Notes under the pieces: generated by a model | Told to the model about the DNA's origin: nothing | What the model saw: only the letters and a program-made list of their open reading frames with translations | Databases searched by the model: none | Source of the DNA: Macrostomum lignano | Taxonomy: Eukaryota | Assembly: GCA_002269645.1 (NCBI GenBank) | Contig: NIVC01000150.1 | Coordinates: 800,781 to 864,780 of the forward strand | Direction of reading: 5' to 3' | Length of the DNA stretch: 64,000 bases | Position numbers and translations under genes: made by a program | Part shown: piece by piece, positions 13,701 to 25,060 of the stretch | How the letters are laid out: each line of letters opens with the position of its first letter | Position numbering within the stretch: position 1 is the first letter of the stretch

Positions 13701-16479
13701 TTATACAAAAGTAGCCGTCACAGCCGTCATTGCCGCGCTTGAAGAAGTTCGCGATGAGGTCCGCGATCTTGATGGTCCGACGCGTTGACCGCGTCGATGG
13801 CGCAGCGATTGCCTATGCGCGTCGCCAGAGCCGTTCGCAGGAATCGTCGCGACGGCCAGCGTCAGGAGGCAGGCGGAGCGCGAGAAGTCGGCCAGCGAAC
13901 CGACAGCACCGGCGACTGCGGCTGCTGCGCCTGCGGCGGCAACTGCGGCAGCCGCTCGAAGGCCGAGCAGAGCCAGAAGACTCGCCAGTAATCGCTCAGT
14001 CGCTTTCGGTGACGTTGCAGCCGAGCTGCACCAACGACGACGCGATTGACGAGCGGCGAGTAGCCCGACGCCGAGGGCGAGAAACGCTGCCCAGACGGAC
14101 AGCTGAGCAGCAGTTGCGGCGGCGCTGCCCATCATCGACACGGTCGGGCCGGAACCGGAAGCGACATCCAGGAGGCCGGCAACTCCGGCAATTCCGAGAG
14201 CGCCAAGCCAGATGGCGGCAACAGCGATGCCGCTGGTGAGTTCTGCGGCCAGTTCGGTGCCGCGGTGCGCCAGCAGCTGCACTGGCGATGCCGCTGACTG
14301 GACCAGCATGGCGGTGCGCCAGGCCACTACGGCAAGTGCGGACTGTGGCGTCAGCGAATTCGTTCCAGATCTGTCGGCGAGGAGTTCGGACAGCACCTGA
14401 ACAGCGAGTCCGCAGCAGTGAACACCCAGAATCAGCGGGATAGGGCTGTCTGTTGCCCCTGGCAACGGTGAATGCAGACGGTGGTGGCAACGGCAGTGTT
14501 GATGGCACCTGAGAGCGATCAGCTGCGGCAGGCAGGCAGCGCCAGCAAGCAGCAGGGTGGCGGCACGCAGTCCCGGCCTGATGCTGTCCATGAAGGACGA
14601 AACTGCGAATGGCGGAGCAGCGGCTTGATCCGTGGTGCAACTGCAGGATGATTGGTTGGTTTGGTTTGGAAGAAGAACTGTAGAATTACATGCAGTTCCC
14701 TGCTGCATAAGGATAAAAGCATGCAGACAGTGTTTCAGAACAATAGTGCCATGTGGAATGTGCAATGTGGGTTCCCATAGCCAAACTGTTTAACTAACCA
14801 CCCGACCGGCTTATTGACAAGCTGTAGTCCTGACAGGCTGTGATCTGCGGATTGATATGATTAGTGTCGACTTGTCGGCATGCGTCAAGCCTCTCTCCCC
14901 AGCTCAGAACCAAGGAACTCCACCCCCCCCCCCCTAGGTCGACACAGATATTCCCCAGTTCAGGCAGTTAAAAGCGCCCACTATGCTAAAGAGGAGGCAA
15001 TTTGCATTTTAATTTTCCTAATGTAAATCCTGTTATCGCGTGCGGCCCCCTGCCCCGGCCCAGTCCATTGCTAGTTATTAACTAAACGAGCCGAGAGTGA
15101 CTGCAATAAAGTCGGCCTTTATAAAGCAAACCAAAAAAATTATACTCATCTGACGAGTTTACATCGATTTCAAGCATGATTTGATGATGGATGGTTTTGA
15201 CCTGCACAGAGATCAACCTGTTCTGTTCCAAAATCTGTTCTGTTCTGTACCCCCCGTTAATGGCAAATGGACTTCTTAATGGACGTCGTCATTTTTTATT
15301 ATGCTGTGAATCTCTCACGGATAACTCCCGCGGATTGTTCCTCCGCAGAAGGTCCATGGGTTAGGACGCAAATCTGCCAATACCTTTACAAAGACAATGG
15401 CCAGAGATTCCACCATTCGCGAGTCGCGATTCCAGGAAATCCAAGATGCATTTCACTTACCTCAAGGTGTCCCAGCTGAATTCGGCGCTGGGGTGACGGG
15501 ACTGATTACAAACGCTGCTCGCTGCGGCCCGAGCTGCAACTTTTTCAGCCTCGTCCGCCGTGAACCTCCGACTGAATCTGGCCGATCCTACGGACAGCCG
15601 ATCTGGGCTGGGAATCGTGCTGCCCAGCTGACAGTCGGTTGGAGGACGCAGCGGTACGCTGACGCGGTGGCATAGGGCGCAGTGGAGGTTCCGGTAGATG
15701 CCGCCAGTTTGGTGATTCCGCAGCAGCGCCGAATCCGGAGCGGCCAATCGGCTGTCGAACACCGGATCGAACGGGCCGGCTCGGCACTGCTTCTCAAACT
15801 CAGCTCGCTGTCGCCGCAGCTCAGGTGACACGAAGACTAAGAACCTGTCCGGATCGGCAAGTCGGCAGTCGGCGACCGGCCGATCGAGCCAGCAGAGCCG
15901 AGGCGTTGAGGTTGGCAACGCAAACTCCAGCCGGCAACCTGATGGAGGCGGCAGCAACGACTGAGAGTCTGGGACGGCACGCTCGACTCTGTCGCAGACA
16001 AGTCGGCCGGGCAGGTGGCGGAAGTCCCCGACGCCGCTGCAGGCTGCGCAGGCGGCACTGCGGAAAATCATCGCCGGTGACGATTGAGCAGCCGACGCCG
16101 TCACTGGCAAGAACGGGGACTCGGAGCACAGGCGCTGCAGCTGCGGTCTGGCCGATCTCGGACAGCCAGAAACCACGCCGATGCCAAGACGGCGATGCAG
16201 GCTAAGCGGCGGTTCTCCGGCCGCAACGGCTCGATGAACGGCACCGTTGCTGTGGCCGAATACGACGAAGTGTCGGGCGTCGGTGCACTCGACGCTGGCA
16301 GCCAACGGCAGAGGTGGCTTAGGTGAGGAGCAGCAATCGCTCAGGTGGTGGCAGAGCTGGTCACATTTGCAGCCGCCAGGTGAGCAGCCGGGGCTGCAGG
16401 CAGTCTCATTTTGGTTCGAGTTCCACTGCACGGCTGGTTGGAGCAGCAATTGCAGAAGCAGAGCAGGTAAAAGCCGCAT
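13701..16479 (-). CDS. Somatomedin-B-domain family-B/Mth-like 7TM receptor, ~652 aa (exons 16479-15461 and 14640-13701)
   Basis: Signal peptide MRLLPALLLQLLL; SMB motif CKCDQLCHHLSDCC; two (F/Y)R(S/N)xxCAxC motifs; phase-2 GTAAGT donor at 15460 matches the phase-2 CTGCAG acceptor at 14641; about 7 hydrophobic segments in exon 2. Confidence 0.75.
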
Positions 16480-17795
16480 TTCCACACCGGTGAGGCGCAG
16501 GCTTGGCAGCTGCCGATTGCTATGAATTTATTCCCTGTGAGCGGCATTCAGATTGGATGCCGGGGCAGAGGCCACAGTTGAGGCAGGCAGGAAGCGGAAG
16601 AGGGCGGAGAAGTGGCGCTCTTCCTCATCTGCCAAACAATATCCGGCTCAATGGGAGCTTGCGCATCCCAGAGTCACGATCAGCTTCCGATAGATTTGAT
16701 ATTATAAGCAAAGGTGAGAAAGAGGACTGAAGTTGAAGAGTTTTTTTCATTTCCTGCCTTGATGCGGGAAATTAATCCTAGAGAACCTGGTCACAGTTGG
16801 GTCATTTCCTGTCGGAAGCTGCGCAGCTGCATTCATGCTGCAATATGCAACAGCCTCTGCATTGAGACCGCTGCATCACGCACCGGACTTCTTCTAAGGA
16901 AGTTTATTGACAGCAGGAATACAGAAATTATTGTACTTCAAATAGTAAATTGGGTTTAAATATACCTACTTTTCAATTTTCAGATCGCATCTTTGAAAGT
17001 AAGATCTTCTTCTAGAGATCCCTAAGGTCCGTCAGGTTCAAAATTTTACCTCAATACCTCTAAAGTGCTGAATGACCTCGTTTTGAGAGTATCAAAATCT
17101 CAAGTTTTTTTAGTACGAGTATATTGGATTTTGTGGGACTTTTCTTTCTAGCCACATAGCGACCAGAAAAGTACGAGTAAGCCAATCTATTCGAACTCGA
17201 GGGGCAAATAGCGAAAAGTCACTGTAAGAAAGCAAGTCATTTCACGGCATGACTGAAGCAGTAATTTGAACCGATGTGACTAATTATTTCCTATTAAAGT
17301 ACTGACGTGTTCTCATAGGCACTTATTTGTAACTACTGAAGTATATACTGAAGATATTTAAGTATATGATTAGTTTCATGAGTCGTGCATTCGTTAAAAT
17401 CTAAATAAGAAATGTTAAAGAAACTGATTAACAGAAAGCACTCTCACCTGCTCATATAGCACCCAGTCACCCTGAACGTACTCAATAATTTTATAGCACA
17501 CAAGTACGAGTACTGTCTTTGCCTTGTTACTACATTTCAAGGGCAGGCGGGAGGTGGAGGTGGGGGCTTTGCATGAACCCTCTCAGCGACTCCAAACTCC
17601 AAATGCTGCCATTGTACCACAGTACAGTTTCACAGTTCATGCAAACCGAAAGTACTTGGGTGTAGAGTTGCTGCACACAGAGCCAGACTGGTCTTGAAAA
17701 CTGGAGAGGTTGTAGATAAAGAGAAAAAGTTTTTAATAAGACGGCGCAAGCAGGACAGGAAAGGACAATTCTGCAGTTTGATCCAAAGCGAAAGC

Positions 17796-19310
17796 ATGGA
17801 TTTACTCAGCATTACAGTTGGCCTGCTAGCCGTGCTGGCAGTTGGCTGGTTAATCAGCTACCTGAGTGGGCAGCGCCGCCTGCCGCCGGGCCCGCCCGTG
17901 GTGCCGATTCTCGGCAGCTTCCCATTCATGAAGTTTCCATTGCGCAACTGGCTGCGCCAGGCCAAGCAGCGGTACGGAGCGGTGTGCAGTTTCCAGTTGA
18001 ATGGTCGCCAGGTCGTCTTTCTCAACACCTACGAAGCAGTGAAAGAAGCATTCGTCACGCAGGGGGCCTTGTTCTCCGGACGGCCCAGGCACATTTTCTC
18101 CACTCGGGTCATGGGAAACAGCGGCCTGGTCATGACTGACGGGCCCAGCTGGAAACGGCATCGCAGATTCAGCCTGCAGGTGCTGCGGGACTGCGGCTTC
18201 GGCAAGATCGGATCCGAGGACAGCATCGTCAAAGAGGCGCTCGAGCTGGCGGCGGCGCTCGAGGAGACGCGGGGACAGCCGGTCAGCACGGGAAACCCGT
18301 TCGGCAAGGCCGTGTCGAACGTCATTTGCATGCTGGTATTTGGCAGACGCTTAGCAACGGAAGATCCAACCTTCGATGAGAAGCTGGCCCTCATCAATAA
18401 GATAACGCAGCAGGGGGTGTCCCATCCAACCCTGCGATCGAGTGTGCTGGTACCTCTGCTCACCAGTCTCGCGCCGAACTTCCTCATGAGCATGGAAGCT
18501 GTCAAGAAGAGCGTCAAACTTTTTGACGAAATGTTCACCTTTTGTCAGGATGAGATTGAGAAGAAAAGGTCCGCTTACAACCTGAGCGACGAGCCGGCGG
18601 ACTACATTGAGGCTTACCTGGCAGAGCGAAACCGCATTGAGCAGCGCGATCCTTCCGAGGCTGCCGAGTTCTACGGCGACAAGAAGCTCCAGGTCAGCAT
18701 TGCGGACCTGTTCATGGCCGGCACGGACACCACCTCGAATAGTCTGCGATGGGCTGCGCTGCATCTCGCCAAGGACCAGCAGATGCAGGATCGGCTGTTC
18801 AAGCACGTGCGAGACTGTCTGGGAGGCCGGCCGCCAACCATGTCGGACCGGTCTCGGCTGCCCCTGATTGAGGCCTTCTTGTTGGAATCGCAGCGAGTTT
18901 ATACGCTCATACCGGGCGGCGTTGCGCACCGAGCTATTGAGGACACCGAACTATTCGGTTATCTGGTGCCGAAGAACTGCAATGTCATGCCAAACATTGA
19001 GGCGCTGCACTCTGACCCGGAAGTATTTCCTGAGCCTGAAAAGTTCCGCATTGAGCGCTTTATTGATGCGAATGGCAAGTTCGCGCCATCGGAACGCGTC
19101 ATTCCGTTCTCTATCGGCAAGCGCTCCTGCCTTGGCGAGAGCCTGGCTCGCATGGAACTCTTCATCTTCGCCATAATCATCATTCAGCGATTTCGCATCG
19201 AGCTTCCCGACGATGAAGCGTCAAGAATGGCGGAAATTCTCGAAGGCACGCCAGGCACCGTTAAAGCGCCGGCTGAGCACAAACTGATTTTTAAATTGCG
19301 GGAGGAATGA
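17796..19310 (+). CDS. Cytochrome P450, clan 2 (CYP2-like), intronless, 504 aa
   Basis: N-terminal anchor, PPGP, WxxxR (WKRHRR), I-helix AGTDTT, ExxR (ESQR), haem motif FSIGKRSCLG; likely start is MDLLS at 17796. Confidence 0.95.
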   Translation: MDLLSITVGLLAVLAVGWLISYLSGQRRLPPGPPVVPILGSFPFMKFPLRNWLRQAKQRYGAVCSFQLNGRQVVFLNTYEAVKEAFVTQGALFSGRPRHIFSTRVMGNSGLVMTDGPSWKRHRRFSLQVLRDCGFGKIGSEDSIVKEALELAAALEETRGQPVSTGNPFGKAVSNVICMLVFGRRLATEDPTFDEKLALINKITQQGVSHPTLRSSVLVPLLTSLAPNFLMSMEAVKKSVKLFDEMFTFCQDEIEKKRSAYNLSDEPADYIEAYLAERNRIEQRDPSEAAEFYGDKKLQVSIADLFMAGTDTTSNSLRWAALHLAKDQQMQDRLFKHVRDCLGGRPPTMSDRSRLPLIEAFLLESQRVYTLIPGGVAHRAIEDTELFGYLVPKNCNVMPNIEALHSDPEVFPEPEKFRIERFIDANGKFAPSERVIPFSIGKRSCLGESLARMELFIFAIIIIQRFRIELPDDEASRMAEILEGTPGTVKAPAEHKLIFKLREE

Positions 19311-19860
19311 ACGCGGGTGGCAAATTTTTGTTATAAACTACATCCATTTACGTACTTTCTACGACTATGCGATGCATCTGCCTAAAAATGGCGATCAAGC
19401 GGTCCAGTTCAAGTACCCGTAGCATCAGAGTCCGATTCGGTTTCGAGTTTATTTTTTTAAAGTCTTTGTATAAATCATTATGATTAGTATAAACAAAGGT
19501 ACTTTGCGATGAACGAACTTAATCTACGAGTGCGCATGAACCCGGATGCCTGAATGGGATGTGTTTAAACTTGCAGTTTTGTGGGAATTTTTTTCAGTAA
19601 ATATAAAGTGACATTCTAAGTTTTGATAACTTTTAAATTTAACTGTAGTCATTAATAAACCCAATTCGTTATTTACTTCTAATGTATATTTTGCAAACAC
19701 GATGATGTACATGTAACATCGTAATTTTCTTACATGTAAAAGTGCCAGCGGTGTCGGAACATACAAAGTGGGGGGAGGGGCTATTGGTGGGAGGGCACAT
19801 TGCACATACGTTTTTGTAATCTAGGGCACCCTAACTCTTGCGGTTATGTATATTATGTAT

Positions 19861-20320
19861 GACTTACTTGACTTAGCTGCAGGGGGCTCCGTGCGTCCGG
19901 AAACAGCAAGGAGGCGTTGCCGCCCATTTCGCTAACCCCTGGCGACCACGGGCAGCTAGTGCTGCGGTGTCGCGCAGGAAGTTCCGGTGGCGCCGGCGTC
20001 CGCAGCGCGGTCCCCCTCCGGAGAGTCCAGGAGGTGGATTGTCGCTCGCCCGGTAGCCCTTAGGTAGCGGACGAGCTGGCAGAGATTCTCTGAAAACGTC
20101 AGAAAGGTCCGGGTCTGGGCCGAAGTAGGTCAGCCTGTCCTGAGTAAAGGTGGGGCACTCTCAGATGAAGTGCTCCGCATTCTCGACACCGGAGAGGCAG
20201 AAAGGGCATTCCTCACTGCGGATTTTCTCCTGGAGGTAACGATGCCTGGCAAAGCAGCCATGACCCGAGAGGGCCATGGTAACCGCCCTGATGTCCCCGC
20301 GGTTGAGTCAAAGCAGGGCG
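19861..20320 (-). mobile_element. 5'-truncated non-LTR retrotransposon 3' end (R1/LOA/I-like)
   Basis: Minus frame LSGHGCFARHRYLQEKIRSEECPFCLSGVENAEHFI*ECP contains a C-X2-C-X8-H-X4-C knuckle; TAAG-like tail; 12-13 bp TSD (G)TATATTATGTAT on both sides. Confidence 0.85.
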
Positions 20321-20569
20321 TATATTATGTATATGTAATATATGTATATTATGCGGTGACATTATGACAACCAGGCCAATATTCGATTCTGTGTTGGAAG
20401 TAGCCAAAGTCTGAAAATGTTCGAATTTTCAACTGATTGAAACTTATTCAAACTTAATTTATTTAGTAAGTACCCCAAATGAATGAAAATTGCAAGGGCA
20501 AGACCAACTATTTAATTTTCCGGATTCGGAATGTCGATCAGAGTAAAATAAAAGGGCTAAACACTAAAA

Positions 20570-21030
20570 CAGGGGTCGGCAAACTCCGACCCGCCGGCGA
20601 CATGCGGCGCCCGCAAAGCCTCTCTATCCGGCTTCGGATCCTTTGAATCTTCACAACAGCAATCCGACCCGCTCGATGTTTGTGTCTCTTCTCAGCTCTC
20701 TTGTCTCACCTCTCTCTTCTCATCTCCTCACCTCTCTCCGCTCCTCTCCTCTCTCCTCTCCTCTCCTCTCCTCACCTTTCTCCTCTTCTCTCATAGCTCC
20801 CTTTTCCTCTCCATTTTCTTCTCTCTTCCCTCCTCTCTCTCTCCTATTTCATCTCTCCTCTTCTATTTCGTCTCTCCTCGATCCTATTTCATCTCTCCTT
20901 TCGTCTACTATCTCTTCTCCTTTATTCCATCGCTTCTCCTATTTCTCTTTTCTATTCCTTCTCCTCTGGCCCACAGTCATGCACTAGATTCTTAATCTGA
21001 CCATTGAGGCAAAAAGTTTGTCGACCCCTG
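20570..21030. mobile_element. hAT-type MITE, 461 bp, same family as 13426-13668 in the opposite orientation
   Basis: TIRs CAGGGGTCGGCAAACT / AGTTTGTCGACCCCTG; TSD CACTAAAA on both sides; CT-rich interior. Confidence 0.9.
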
Positions 21031-22430
21031 CACTAAAAGCACTAAGCCCACAAAATATTTTAATATTACATGTACGAGGGTACATTGATCTCTAAGGGTG
21101 TGGATAGCAACGGTGCTCTCTCGCTCCAGCTTGTACCCTTAGTTCCCAAGACTAAAAAAGCCAAAGCCCAAAACCCCAACACTTGTTTAAAATTCAAAAA
21201 GGGGCACACGCAGGATCATGCTAAAAGGGGGGGGGGGCTAGTGCCCCCCGAGCGCGGTTCCGACGCCCCTGAAAAGTGCTGAAAATCTTTTAAATGTAAT
21301 GTACATGTGGTACTGTTTTCTGAAATAAATGCACACCAATTTTTGCACAGAAATATGTGGTGCTCGCATATTTTAGGACGCCTCTGTGAATGCACAATGT
21401 ACATTACATATTGTGAATTCTCTGCCAGAAGGCCAGCAGTCATCAATTCTTCGTTGAGATCAGTAAAAAATTATAAACAATATAGATATGTATATGTTGT
21501 ATGTACCCACGCAATTTCGCTGCAAGAGCTTGACTGACTTTGACACAAATTGAATACGCAGGCTAAACGACTTTAAACATTAAAACAAATGTTATTAAAA
21601 GCTACTATATCGTGACCCTTTTTCCAGACCAAACTGATCGTACGTAAATACAAATATGTACATATGTTTTACGTTTATTATTTAATTTAGCTTACTTTTT
21701 AGTTTTTTAACAGTTTTATTTGTTTGGTTTAGTCCGCCCCACACAGCAGAGAGCGCTCGAGCGGCCGGCTATAAGTTTAATACTTTTGGTACCATGGTTT
21801 GCATTTGATTTAAGCCAAGAGAAAATCTAAAATAAACCAGATTGAGTGACACTACACAGACCTATTCATTGACACTTTTAGTTTTATCTGTAGATTATAC
21901 AACTTTTCACCATAAAATAAAAATGATTTACTTACCCTACCCTAGCCTGGCCCTGGTCTATTGAAGCATTGTCTGGCGATCCAGATCTGCTCTAGTAGTC
22001 TATCCTTATCCATAGGCCTATCCATTATCCATAGCTAATTTTAATTATTTATCTTCCCATATCTTCCCATAATTTTTAAAGATTTTAAATCCAGTGGGCA
22101 ACACTGAATAGTTTCTAGCTAGGCCTATTCTATATATATATAAGCTATCAATCAATTTTCAAGGCCCGAATTTCAAGGCCTAGCAATAGCAAGGAAAGTA
22201 AATAACAGCAATTCAACCTACTCATATTAGTATTACTTTTTTACAATGTTTATTTGGGGTATTGCTATCGCTAGGCCTATGCTATTCTGCAGATCCAGAA
22301 TCCATCTAAATATACTAAATCTCTAAGGTTTGTATGCTTAAATGAATGAATGTCCATAATGCTCTAGAGCAAGCAATTTGTCACCGATTTTGATTGCATT
22401 TTCGCCAAAATCTAATATAAATAAAAAATA

Positions 22431-23118
22431 GGCAATCTTCAAGTTTCGTTCGTTAAATTATTTTTTCAATGATTTCTGAACTATCTTGCTCTGAGATGAT
22501 TATTTTCAAGCTCTCCAGTGTGCCCAGCCCTTTCCTAGCTTTCCTAGCATGGAGTAATATCATAAGCAGTTAATAGACAAGCAGCTAATACACTATAAGA
22601 CTAATACACTACGGCAGGATGACCAGCGGCACCCACTTTTATTGTACTAGTAGCACAAGTGCAACCAGCTGCAGCTTTGTGCGACATCACCTTGACAATG
22701 CGGGAACTGGCTGTGATTACGGCAACAACAAGGGATACCATGAATTGGATGGCCAAATATACCATCTAATTGCCAACCAGCAAGTGTGTGCCAATTGTCC
22801 GGCCACTCAACTTTGGCTGCAGCTCCATCAAGGTGACCGCTTTACTGACGGCTACGCTTGGGCTTGCACCAACTGCCATGCGCAGGTGTCCATCCAAAAG
22901 GGGTCAAAAGGAGTCACCTCAAGCCATGTCCGGCTTTATATTTCCGGCTGTATATTTCCAGCTTTATGGTACGTTAGAGGTTAATATTAACAAAGCTGCT
23001 ACTTTCTCAGCTAGGAAAAGGCTGGGTACACTGGAGAGCTCAAAAACAATCATCTCAGAGCAAGATAGTTTAGAAATCATTGAAAAAATAATTTAACGAA
23101 TGAAACTTGAAGATTGCC
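22431..23118 (+). mobile_element. Merlin/ISXO2-like DNA transposon deletion derivative
   Basis: ~110-bp TIRs starting GGCAATCTTCAAGTTTC; 8-bp TSD AAAAAATA; interior encodes a zinc ribbon VCANC...DGYAWACTNCHAQVSIQKGS typical of Merlin transposase N-termini; no DDE domain. Confidence 0.8.
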
Positions 23119-24269
23119 AAAAAATATATTATATACATATATATAATATATATATAATACATATATATAAAATGGTTTGTCAGTAGGTATCTATCTATAT
23201 GATAGATTAGAAAAAAAATGGCTTAACCAATTTTCATGAGACTTGCACTGTTTAATTAGAAATTTTCCCGTGACAATACATATGTCTTGGCTAATAAATG
23301 CTCAATGCTAAAGGGATAAAATATTCAATAAACATGCTTTTTTGCAAAGGTCAAGCAGTACTTTTGATTTGAAATGCATTGTAAGAATGCAAAAAATGGA
23401 CTGGTTGAATTCTAATTCTGAAATAGATTGCATCACAATAGGCTTTTTATTTATTGTCTATGTGATTGTATATTAGCCATAGTCCAGATCATGGTAGGCA
23501 TATGCTAGAATGAAAATTCATGTTTTTTAAATTTTATGTTGATGTAAAATAAAATAAAATTTTTACACCAAGACTAAAATTGTTTATATGCCATTTTTAA
23601 CAAATATATATTTTTAGGAACTCAAAACTTTACTAAACTTTAAAACAGCTATTTTTGCTAAAAACTGATATTCTTTGTTTTAATTTTGATTTTCTTGTGA
23701 TTGCATTTATATTTTCTATTTTAGTTTCCAAATATTTTTAAAGAGCCTTTAATGTTGGTTGATATTTAACTATATAATTACATTAGCCTTGAACTTGGCT
23801 ATTTTTTGTATGCCAAATGTGTACACTTTATATTGAACCTGAAAATTCTATACGCTAAGTGTACACCAAGATTGTCAGCGAGAGCAAAAATACGCCAGAA
23901 AATTCCAGTGTAAAGGCCAACTTCTGGACTATGGTATATTAGCTGAATTTTGACACTGAATTGAATTGCGTCAATGTTAAATATGTAGTGAAAAAGCATA
24001 TAACACTAGACTTGATTTAGATTATGTAACCATATTGTCAACTTAAATTGAGACTATTATTGACTTGCCTAAAAAATTGATTATGTCATAACTGCTTCGT
24101 AAGTGAGTATTGAATTATATAAGTGCTACAATTTCATTTATAAATTCAATAAGAGCTAGCCTTAGCCTAGATGTGAACAGACTAGACTGCAAATACAATA
24201 ACCTAGCTTTGAATCTTGGTAGTGAAATTTTTTTATTGAAAGCTTTTAATAAAGGACAAATAAAGGACT

Positions 24270-25060
24270 AAAGGCATCATGTAAAAAATCATAGAAATGT
24301 CATGTAAAATTATAGAAACATCATGTAAAGAATAATAGAAGTGTCATGTAAACAATCATAAAAGCATTATATAAAGAATCATAGAAACATCATATAAAAA
24401 TCATAGAAGCATCATTAAAAATCATGAAAGTGTCATATAAAGAATCATAGAAGCATTATGTAAAGAATCATAAAAGCATCATGTAAACAATCATAGAAGT
24501 GTCATATAATGAATCATAGAAGCATCATATAAACAATCATAGAAGTGTCATATAAAATTATAGATGTATCATGTAAACAATCATAGAAACATCATATAAA
24601 AAGCATAGAAGCATCATGTAAAAAATCAGTAAAGCATCATGTAAACAATCATAGAAGCATTATGTAAAAAATCATAGAAGCATCATATAAAGAATCATGG
24701 AAGCATCATGTAAAAAATCATGGAAGTGTCATGTAAAGAATCATAGAAGCATTATGTAAACAATCATAGAAGCATCATGTAAAAAATCATAGAAGCATCA
24801 TGTAAAATTATAAGAGCATCATGTAAACTATCATAGAAGTGTCATATAAAAAGCATAAAAGCATTATGTAAAAAATCAGTGAAGTATCATATAAAAATCA
24901 TAGAAGTGTCATGTAAATAATCATAAAAGTGTCATATAAAAAAGCATAAAAGCATTATGTAAAAAATCAGTGACACATCATAGAATAATAAAAGAAGCAT
25001 AATGTCAAACATGAAAGAAGTATCATGTAAAAATCAAAAGAAGTGTCATATCAAAATTGA
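24270..25060. repeat. Degenerate ~21-bp AT-rich minisatellite (AATCATAGAAGCATCATGTAAA-like)
   Basis: Recurrent ATCATAGAAG/CATGTAAA motifs. Confidence 0.85.

Larger units (their letters stand above)
19746..21271. mobile_element. Non-autonomous hAT-like element hosting two nested insertions
   Basis: TIRs CAGCGGTGTCGGAAC / rc CAGGGGCGTCGGAAC (13/15 match); 8-bp TSD AAAAGTGC at 19738-19745 and 21272-21279. Confidence 0.8.

Noticed and set aside
13730-19183. Antisense and alternative-frame ORFs over the GPCR and P450, and likewise over ARL, RPL9 and Gag-Pol
   Set aside because: Expected shadows of GC-rich coding sequence, with no motifs
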